The notes beneath the pieces were generated by a model. That model had not been told where the DNA came from and did no database searches. It saw nothing but the letters and a program-made list of their open reading frames with translations. Below are positions 54,033-64,000 of a DNA stretch of 64,000 nucleotides, one piece after another (the first letter of the stretch is position 1; each line of letters opens with the position of its first letter). This DNA comes from the human T2T-CHM13v2.0 reference genome, Homo sapiens, in the NCBI RefSeq assembly GCF_009914755.1, contig NC_060930.1. The stretch is one strand, 5' to 3'. A program made the translations under genes and the position numbers.

Positions 54033-57000
54033 TCTCAGTAACTTCTTCGGATGTGTGCATTCGACGCACAGAATGGAACATTCCCTTTGATAGAGCAGTT
54101 TTGAGACACCGTTTTTGTAGAATTCCCAAGTGGATATTTAGAGCACTTTGAAGTCTCTGCTAGAAAAGGAAACATCTTCATGTAAAAAGTAGATAGAATC
54201 GTTCTCAGAAAGTGCTTAGTGACGTGTGCGTTCAACTCACAGAGTTTAACGTTTCTTTTGATAGAGCGTTTCTGAAACACCCTTCTTGTAGTAGCTGCAA
54301 GTGGATATTTGGACCTATTGGAGGCCTTCTTTGGAAATGGGATTTCTTCATGTAACTCTAGATTGAAGAGTTCTCAGAAACTCCTTTGTGATGTGTGCAT
54401 TCAATTCAAAGAGTGAAACCTCCCTTTTCACAGAGCAGTTTTGAAACACTGTTTTTGTAGGATTTCCAAGGGGATATTTATAGCGCATTGAGCCTACGGC
54501 GGAAAAAGAAACATCTTCCTATAAAAACTAGACAGAATACTTCTCAGAATCTGCTTTGCGATGTGTGCGTTCAACTCACAGAGTAAAACTTTTCTTTTGA
54601 TAGAGCAGTTTTGAAACACTCTTTTTGTAGTATTTGCATGTGTATATTTAGAGCGCATTGAAGCCCACAGTAGAAAAGGAAATAACTTCACCTAAAACCT
54701 AGACAGAAGCAATCTCAGAAACTACTTTGTGATGTGTACATTCAACTCACAGAGTGGAACTTTCCTCTTTATAGAGCAGTGTTGAAACACTCTTTTTGTA
54801 GAAACTGCAAGTGGATATTTGGACCTCTTTGAGGCCTTCGTTGGAAACGGGATTTCTTCCTATAACCCTAGACAGAAGAATTTTCAGAAACCTCATTGTG
54901 ATGTGTGCGTTCATCTCACAGAGTGGAGTCTTCCGTTTGATAGAGAAGTTTTGAAACCCTGTTCTTGTAGGATTTCCAAGTGGATATTTAGACCACTTTG
55001 AAGCCTATGATAGAAAAGGAAACATCTTCATGGAAAACATAGATAGAATCATTCTCAGAAACAACTTTGTGATGTGTGCGTTGAACTCACCGTCTTTAAC
55101 CTTTCTTTTGGTAGAGAAGTTTTGAAACACTCTCTTTGTAAAGTCTACAAGTGGATATTTTGAGCCCTTGGAGGCATTCTTTGGAAAAGGGAATGTCTTC
55201 ACATAAAAGGCAGACGGAAGTGTTCTCAGAAACTGCTTTGTGATGTCTGTGTTCAACTCACAGAGTTTAACATTTCCTTTGATAGAGCGGTTTAGTAACC
55301 CTCTCTTTGTAGAATTTGGAAGTGTATACTAAGAGCGCTTTGAGGCCTATGGTAGAAAAGGAAATATCTTTCCATAAAAGCTAGACAGAAGCAATCTCAG
55401 AAACTCCTTTGCGATGTCTGCATTCAACTCACCGAGTGGAACATTCCTCTTGAGAGAGCAGTTTGGAAACACTCTTTCTGTAGAATCAGCTTGTTTGTAT
55501 TTGGACCTCCTTGAGGCCTTCGTTGGAAACGGGTTTTCATCTTATAAACCCAGACAGAAGAATTCTCAGAGTCTTCTTTGTGATGTGTGCTTTCAACTCA
55601 CCGAGATAAAGATTTCTCTTGATAGAGCAATTTGGAAACACTCTTTTTGTAGAATTTGCAAGGGTACATTGAGAGCGCTTTCAGGCCTATGGTAGAAAAG
55701 GGAATATCTTTCCATAAAAGGTAGACAGAAGCAATCTCAGAAACTACTTTGTGATGTGTGCATTCAACTCACCGAGTGCAACGTTCCTCTTGACCGAGCA
55801 GTTTGGAAACATTGTTTCTGTAGAATCTGCAAGTGGATATTTGGACCTCTTTGAGGCCTTCGTTGGAAACGGGATTTCTTCCTATAAACCCAGACAGAAG
55901 AATTCTCAGAGACTTCTTTGTGATGTGTGAATTCAACTCACAGTGTGGATCCTTCCTTTTGATAGAGCAGTTTTGAAACCCTGTTTTTGTAGTATTTCCA
56001 AGCGGATATTTGGAACGCCTTGAAGCGTATGGTAGAAAAGGAAATATCTTCCCATAAAACCTAGACAGAACCAATCTCAGAAACGACTTTGTGATGTCTG
56101 CATTCAAGTCACAGAGTTGAACATTTCTCTTGATAGAGCAGTTTTGAAACCCTCTTTCTGAAGGATCTGCAAGTGGATATTTGGAACTCCTTTGGGTCTT
56201 CGTTGGAAACGGGATTTCTTCGTATAAATCTAGACAGAAGAATTCTCAGAAACTTCCTTGTGATGTGTGCATTCAACTCAGCGAGTGGCACCTTCCTTTG
56301 GATACAGCAGTTTTGAAACACTGTTTTTGTAGTATTTCCAAGCGGATATTTAGAGCGCCTTGAAGCCTATGCTAGAAATGGAAATATCTCCCCATAAAAC
56401 CAAGACGGAAGCAATCTCAGAAACTAATGTGTGATGGCTGCATTCCACACACACGGTGGACCATTTCTCTTGATAGAGCTGTTTTGAAACACTCTTTCTG
56501 TAGAATCTGCAAGTGGATAATTGGACCTCCGAGAGGCCTTCGTTGGAAACGGGATTTCTTCATCTAAACCTACAGAGAAGTATTCTCAGTAACTTCTTCG
56601 GATGTGTGCATTCGACGCACAGAATGGAACATTCCCTTTGATAGAGCAGTTTTGAGACACCGTTTTTGTAGAATTCCCAAGTGGATATTTAGAGCACTTT
56701 GAAGTCTCTGCTAGAAAAGGAAACATCTTCATGTAAAAAGTAGATAGAATCGTTCTCAGAAAGTGCTTAGTGTCGTGTGCGTTCAACTCACAGAGTTTAA
56801 CGTTTCTTTTGATAGAGCGTTTCTGAAACACCCTTCTTGTAGTAGCTGCAAGTGGATATTTGGACCTATTGGAGGCCTTCTTTGGAAATGGGATTTCTTC
56901 ATGTAACTCTAGATTGAAGAATTCTCAGAAACTCCTTTGTGATGTGTGCATTCCATTCAAAGAGTGAAACCTCTCTTTTCACAGAGCAGTTTTGAAACAC

Positions 57001-60000
57001 TGTTTTTGTAGGATTTCCAAGGGGATATTTATAGCGCATTGAGCCTACGGCGGAAAAAGAAACATCTTCCTATAAAAACTAGACAGAATACTTCTCAGAA
57101 TCTGCTTTGCGATGTGTGCGTTCAACTCACAGAGTAAAACTTTTCTTTTGATAGAGCAGTTTTGAAACACTCTTTTTGTAGTATTTGCATGTGTATATTT
57201 AGAGCGCATTGAAGCCCACAGTAGAAAAGGAAATAACTTCACCTAAAACCTAGACAGAAGCAATCTCAGAAACTACTTTGTGATGTGTACATTCAACTCA
57301 CAGAGTGGAACTTTCCTCTTTATAGAGCAGTGTTGAAACACTCTTTTTGTAGAAACTGCAAGTGGATATTTGGACCTCTTTGAGGCCTTCGTTGGAAACG
57401 GGATTTCTTCCTATAACCCTAGACAGAAGAATTTTCAGAAACCTCATTGTGATGTGTGCGTTCATCTCACAGAGTGGAGTCTTCCGTTTGATAGAGAAGT
57501 TTTGAAACCCTGTTCTTGTAGGATTTCCAAGTGGATATTTAGACCACTTTGAAGCCTATGATAGAAAAGGAAACATCTTCATGGAAAACATAGATAGAAT
57601 CATCCTCAGAAACAACTTTGTGATGTGTGCGTTGAACTCACCGTCTTTAACCTTTCTTTTGGTAGAGAAGTTTTGAAACACTCTCTTTGTAAAGTCTACA
57701 AGTGGATATTTTGAGCCCTTGGAGGCATTCTTTGGAAAAGGGAATGTCTTCACATAAAAGGCAGACGGAAGTGTTCTCAGAAACTGCTTTGTGATGTCTG
57801 TGTTCAACTCACAGAGTTTAACATTTCCTTTGATAGAGCGGTTTAGTAACCCTCTCTTTGTAGAATTTGGAAGTGTATACTAAGAGCGCTTTGAGGCCTA
57901 TGGTAGAAAAGGAAATATCTTTCCATAAAAGCTAGACAGAAGCAATCTCAGAAACTCCTTTGTGATGTCTGCATTCAACTCACCGAGTGGAACATTCCTC
58001 TTGAGAGAGCAGTTTGGAAACACTCTTTCTGTAGAATCAGCTTGTTTGTATTTGGACCTCCTTGAGGCCTTCGTTGGAAACGGGTTTTCATCTTATAAAC
58101 CCAGACAGAAGAATTCTCAGAGTCTTCTTTGTGATGTGTGCTTTCAACTCACCGAGATAAAGATTTCTCTTGATAGAGCAATTTGGAAACACTCTTTTTG
58201 TAGAATTTGCAAGGGTACATTGAGAGCGCTTTCAGGCCTATGGTAGAAAAGGGAATATCTTTCCATAAAAGGTAGACAGAAGCAATCTCAGAAACTACTT
58301 TGTGATGTGTGCATTCAACTCACCGAGTGCAACGTTCCTCTTGACCGAGCAGTTTAGAAACATTGTTTCTGTAGAATCTGCAAGTGGATATTTGGACCTC
58401 TTTGAGGCCTTCGTTGGAAACGGGATTTCTTCCTATAAACCCAGACAGAAGAATTCTCAGAGACTTCTTTGTGATGTGTGAATTCAACTCACAGTGTGGA
58501 TCCTTCCTTTTGATAGAGCAGTTTTGAAACCCTGTTTTTGTAGTATTTCCAAGCGGATATTCGGAACGCCTTGAAGCGTATGGTAGAAAAGGAAATATCT
58601 TCCCATAAAACCTAGACAGAACCAATCTCAGAAACGACTTTGTGATGTCTGCATTCAAGTCACAGAGTTGAACATTTCTCTTGATAGAGCAGTTTTGAAA
58701 CCCTCTTTCTGAAGGATCTGCAAGTGGATATTTGGAACTCCTTTGGGTCTTCGTTGGAAACGGGATTTCTTCGTATAAATCTAGACAGAAGAATTCTCAG
58801 AAACTTCCTTGTGATGTGTGCATTCAACTCAGCGAGTGGCACCTTCCTTTGGATACAGCAGTTTTGAAACACTGTTTTTGTAGTATTTCCAAGCGGATAT
58901 TTAGAGCGCCTTGAAGCCTATGCTAGAAATGGAAATATCTCCCCATAAAACCAAGACGGAAGCAATCTCAGAAACTAATGTGTGATGGCTGCATTCCACA
59001 CACACGGTGGACCATTTCTCTTGATAGAGCAGTTTTGAAACACTCTTTCTGTAGAATCTGCAAGTGGATAATTGGACCTCCTAGAGGCCTTCGTTGGAAA
59101 CGGGATTTCTTCATCTAAACCTACAGAGAAGTATTCTCAGTAACTTCTTCGGATGTGTGCATTCGACGCACAGAATGGAACATTCCCTTTGATAGAGCAG
59201 TTTTGAGACACCGTTTTTGTAGAATTCCCAAGTGGATATTTAGAGCACTTTGAAGTCTCTGCTAGAAAAGGAAACATCTTCATGTAAAAAGTAGATAGAA
59301 TCGTTCTCAGAAAGTGCTTAGTGTCGTGTGCGTTCAACTCACAGAGTTTAACGTTTCTTTTGATAGAGCGTTTCTGAAACACCCTTCTTGTAGTAGCTGC
59401 AAGTGGATATTTGGACCTATTGGAGGCCTTCTTTGGAAATGGGATTTCTTCATGTAACTCTAGATTGAAGAATTCTCAGAAACTCCTTTGTGATGTGTGC
59501 ATTCAATTCAAAGAGTGAAACCTCTCTTTTCACAGAGCAGTTTTGAAACACTGTTTTTGTAGGATTTCCAAGGGGATATTTATAGCGCATTGAGCCTACG
59601 GCGGAAAAAGAAACATCTTCCTATAAAAACTAGACAGAATACTTCTCAGAATCTGCTTTGCGATGTGTGCGTTCAACTCACAGAGTAAAACTTTTCTTTT
59701 GATAGAGCAGTTTTGAAACACTCTTTTTGTAGTATTTGCATGTGTATATTTAGAGCGCATTGAAGCCCACAGTAGAAAAGGAAATAACTTCACCTAAAAC
59801 CTAGACAGAAGCAATCACAGAAACTACTTTGTGATGTGTACATTCAACTCACAGAGTGGAACTTTCCTCTTTATAGAGCAGTGTTGAAACACTCTTTTTG
59901 TAGAAACTGCAAGTGGATATTTGGACCTCTTTGAGGCCTTCGTTGGAAACGGGATTTCTTCCTATAACCCTAGACAGAAGAATTTTCAGAAACCTCATTG

Positions 60001-63000
60001 TGATGTGTGCGTTCATCTCACAGAGTGGAGTCTTCCGTTTGATAGAGAAGTTTTGAAACCCTGTTCTTGTAGGATTTCCAAGTGGATATTTAGACCACTT
60101 TGAAGCCTATGATAGAAAAGGAAACATCTTCATGGAAAACATAGATAGAATCATCCTCAGAAACAACTTTGTGATGTGTGCGTTGAACTCACCGTCTTTA
60201 ACCTTTCTTTTGGTAGAGAAGTTTTGAAACACTCTCTTTGTAAAGTCTACAAGTGGATATTTTGAGCCCTTGGAGGCATTCTTTGGAAAAGGGAATGTCT
60301 TCACATAAAAGGCAGACGGAAGTGTTCTCAGAAACTGCTTTGTGATGTCTGTGTTCAACTCACAGAGTTTAACATTTCCTTTGATAGAGCGGTTTAGTAA
60401 CCCTCTCTTTGTAGAATTTGGAAGTGTATACTAAGAGCGCTTTGAGGCCTATGGTAGAAAAGGAAATATCTTTCCATAAAAGCTAGACAGAAGCAATCTC
60501 AGAAACTCCTCTGTGATGTCTGCATTCAACTCACCGAGTGGAACATTCCTCTTGAGAGAGCAGTTTGGAAACACTCTTTCTGTAGAATCAGCTTGTTTGT
60601 ATTTGGACCTCCTTGAGGCCTTCGTTGGAAACGGGTTTTCATCTTATAAACCCAGACAGAAGAATTCTCAGAGTCTTCTTTGTGATGTGTGCTTTCAACT
60701 CACCAAGATAAAGATTTCTCTTGATAGAGCAATTTGGAAACACTCTTTTTGTAGAATTTGCAAGGGTACATTGAGAGCGCTTTCAGGCCTATGGTAGAAA
60801 AGGGAATATCTTTCCATAAAAGGTAGACAGAAGCAATCTCAGAAACTACTTTGTGATGTGTGCATTCAACTCACCGAGTGCAACGTTCCTCTTGACCGAG
60901 CAGTTTGGAAACATTGTTTCTGTAGAATCTGCAAGTGGATATTTGGACCTCTTTGAGGCCTTCGTTGGAAACGGGATTTCTTCCTATAAACCCAGACAGA
61001 AGAATTCTCAGAGACTTCTTTGTGATGTGTGAATTCAACTCACAGTGTGGATCCTTCCTTTTGATAGAGCAGTTTTGAAACCCTGTTTTTGTAGTATTTC
61101 CAAGCGGATATTTGGAACGCCTTGAAGCGTATGGTAGAAAAGGAAATATCTTCCCATAAAACCTAGACAGAACCAATCTCAGAAACGACTTTGTGATGTC
61201 TGCATTCAAGTCACAGAGTTGAACATTTCTCTTGATAGAGCAGTTTTGAAACCCTCTTTCTGAAGGATCTGCAAGTGGATATTTGGAACTCCTTTGGGTC
61301 TTCGTTGGAAACGGGATTTCTTCGTATAAATCTAGACAGAAGAATTCTCAGAAACTTCCTTGTGATGTGTGCATTCAACTCAGCGAGTGGCACCTTCCTT
61401 TGGATACAGCAGTTTTGAAACACTGTTTTTGTAGTATTTCCAAGCGGATATTTAGAGCGCCTTGAAGCCTATGCTAGAAATGGAAATATCTCCCCATAAA
61501 ACCAAGACGGAAGCAATCTCAGAAACTAATGTGTGATGGCTGCATTCCACACACACGGTGGACCATTTCTCTTGATAGAGCAGTTTTGAAACACTCTTTC
61601 TGTAGAATCTGCAAGTGGATAATTGGACCTCCTAGAGGCCTTCGTTGGAAACGGGATTTCTTCATCTAAACCTACAGAGAAGTATTCTCAGTAACTTCTT
61701 CGGATGTGTGCATTCGACGCACAGAATGGAACATTCCCTTTGATAGAGCAGTTTTGAGACACCGTTTTTGTAGAATTCCCAAGTGGATATTTAGAGCACT
61801 TTGAAGTCTCTGCTAGAAAAGGAAACATCTTCATGTAAAAAGTAGATAGAATCGTTCTCAGAAAGTGCTTAGTGTCGTGTGCGTTCAACTCACAGAGTTT
61901 AACGTTTCTTTTGATAGAGCGTTTCTGAAACACCCTTCTTGTAGTAGCTGCAAGTGGATATTTGGACCTATTGGAGGCCTTCTTTGGAAATGGGATTTCT
62001 TCATGTAACTCTAGATTGAAGAATTCTCAGAAACTCCTTTGTGATGTGTGCATTCAATTCAAAGAGTGAAACCTCTCTTTTCACAGAGCAGTTTTGAAAC
62101 ACTGTTTTTGTAGGATTTCCAAGGGGATATTTATAGCGCATTGAGCCTACGGCGGAAAAAGAAACATCTTCCTATAAAAACTAGACAGAATACTTCTCAG
62201 AATCTGCTTTGCGATGTGTGCGTTCAACTCACAGAGTAAAACTTTTCTTTTGATAGAGCAGTTTTGAAACACTCTTTTTGTAGTATTTGCATGTGTATAT
62301 TTAGAGCGCATTGAAGCCCACAGTAGAAAAGGAAATAACTTCACCTAAAACCTAGACAGAAGCAATCACAGAAACTACTTTGTGATGTGTACATTCAACT
62401 CACAGAGTGGAACTTTCCTCTTTATAGAGCAGTGTTGAAACACTCTTTTTGTAGAAACTGCAAGTGGATATTTGGACCTCTTTGAGGCCTTCGTTGGAAA
62501 CGGGATTTCTTCCTATAACCCTAGACAGAAGAATTTTCAGAAACCTCATTGTGATGTGTGCGTTCATCTCACAGAGTGGAGTCTTCCGTTTGATAGAGAA
62601 GTTTTGAAACCCTGTTCTTGTAGGATTTCCAAGTGGATATTTAGACCACTTTGAAGCCTATGATAGAAAAGGAAACATCTTCATGGAAAACATAGATAGA
62701 ATCATCCTCAGAAACAACTTTGTGATGTGTGCGTTGAACTCACCGTCTTTAACCTTTCTTTTGGTAGAGAAGTTTTGAAACACTCTCTTTGTAAAGTCTA
62801 CAAGTGGATATTTTGAGCCCTTGGAGGCATTCTTTGGAAAAGGGAATGTCTTCACATAAAAGGCAGACGGAAGTGTTCTCAGAAACTGCTTTGTGATGTC
62901 TGTGTTCAACTCACAGAGTTTAACATTTCCTTTGATAGAGCGGTTTAGTAACCCTCTCTTTGTAGAATTTGGAAGTGTATACTAAGAGCGCTTTGAGGCC

Positions 63001-64000
63001 TATGGTAGAAAAGGAAATATCTTTCCATAAAAGCTAGACAGAAGCAATCTCAGAAACTCCTCTGTGATGTCTGCATTCAACTCACCGAGTGGAACATTCC
63101 TCTTGATAGAGCAGTTTGGAAACACTCTTTCTGTAGAATCAGCTTGTTTGTATTTGGACCTCCTTGAGGCCTTCGTTGGAAACGGGTTTTCATCTTATAA
63201 ACCCAGACAGAAGAATTCTCAGAGTCTTCTTTGTGATGTGTGCTTTCAACTCACCGAGATAAAGATTTCTCTTGATAGAGCAATTTGGAAACACTCTTTT
63301 TGTAGAATTTGCAAGGGTACATTGAGAGCGCTTTCAGGCCTATGGTAGAAAAGGGAATATCTTTCCATAAAAGGTAGACAGAAGCAATCTCAGAAACTAC
63401 TTTGTGATGTGTGCATTCAACTCACCGAGTGCAACGTTCCTCTTGACCGAGCAGTTTGGAAACATTGTTTCTGTAGAATCTGCAAGTGGATATTTGGACC
63501 TCTTTGAGGCCTTCGTTGGAAACGGGATTTCTTCCTATAAACCCAGACAGAAGAATTCTCAGAGACTTCTTTGTGATGTGTGAATTCAACTCACAGTGTG
63601 GATCCTTCCTTTTGATAGAGCAGTTTTGAAACCCTGTTTTTGTAGTATTTCCAAGCGGATATTTGGAACGCCTTGAAGCGTATGGTAGAAAAGGAAATAT
63701 CTTCCCATAAAACCTAGACAGAACCAATCTCAGAAACGACTTTGTGATGTCTGCATTCAAGTCACAGAGTTGAACATTTCTCTTGATAGAGCAGTTTTGA
63801 AACCCTCTTTCTGAAGGATCTGCAAGTGGATATTTGGAACTCCTTTGGGTCTTCGTTGGAAACGGGATTTCTTCGTATAAATCTAGACAGAAGAATTCTC
63901 AGAAACTTCCTTGTGATGTGTGCATTCAACTCAGCGAGTGGCACCTTCCTTTGGATACAGCAGTTTTGAAACACTGTTTTTGTAGTATTTCCAAGCGGAT
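54033..64000 (+). repeat. HOR units 20-23: four consecutive 15-mers S (54033-56583, 56584-59134, 59135-61685, 61686-64000 truncated)
   Basis: 2551 bp spacing; the last unit shows the m13/m17 junction near 63880-63900 before the window ends. Confidence 0.95.

Larger units (their letters stand above)
1..64000 (+). repeat. Alpha-satellite higher-order repeat array, active-centromere type; most likely human chr6 D6Z1 (S1C6H1L)
   Basis: Tandem 168-171 bp monomers with alphoid motifs (TCTCAGAAAC..TTTGTGATGTGTGC.TTCAACTCACAGAG, GATAGAGCAGTTTTGAAAC, CENP-B box CTTCGTTGGAAACGGGA). Near-identical units recur at 3057 or 2551 bp spacing, confirmed by the ORF-track periodicity. Alpha-satellite identity is near certain; the chr6 assignment rests on recalled knowledge of the 18-mer, ~3 kb BamHI unit (about 0.85). 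Confidence 0.98.

Noticed and set aside
3-63974. Numerous 60-207 aa ORFs recurring on both strands, e.g. the 207 aa ORF at 4288-4911
   Set aside because: They are translations of alpha-satellite monomers (recurring FQNCSIKR and FVGNGISS motifs), often use non-ATG starts, show no recognisable domain or gene structure, and recur only because the DNA repeats
1-64000. CRISPR-like or novel repeat-spacer array suggested by the regularly spaced 17 bp CTTCGTTGGAAACGGGA motif
   Set aside because: The motif is the CENP-B box. The intervening sequences are homologous satellite monomers rather than unique spacers, and there are no cas or other genes
1-64000. Transposon insertion (Alu/L1), inversion or non-satellite island
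   Set aside because: Unit spacings are fully explained by 3057, 2551 and 2548 bp, leaving no room for inserted sequence. All CENP-B boxes lie on the same strand, and no poly-A tails or target-site duplications were seen

Overview
The whole 64 kb window is an uninterrupted, single-orientation array of primate centromeric alpha-satellite DNA (168-171 bp monomers) organised as a highly homogeneous higher-order repeat (HOR). The canonical unit is an 18-monomer, 3057 bp HOR with one BamHI site and 7 intact CENP-B boxes. Its size and dimeric A/B monomer style match the human chromosome 6 active array D6Z1 (S1C6H1L, suprachromosomal family 1); that assignment is from recall and was not searched. With my own numbering (m1 begins at base 1), the 23 units run S L L L S S L S L S L L L S L S L S* L S S S S(partial). 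L is the 3057 bp 18-mer (11 copies), S is a 2551 bp 15-mer lacking m14-m16 (11 copies, the last truncated), and S* is a single 2548 bp 15-mer with a different deletion (hybrid m15/m18). I see no genes, RNA genes, transposon insertions, inversions or CRISPR arrays, and all ORFs in the track are satellite artefacts. I found no new gene-based biological system. The informative signal is the recombination history: three distinct 15-mer junctions driven by an internal 3-monomer duplication, SNVs tightly linked to the deletion, long-range block duplications, and one newly inactivated CENP-B box. All variant calls were made by eye.
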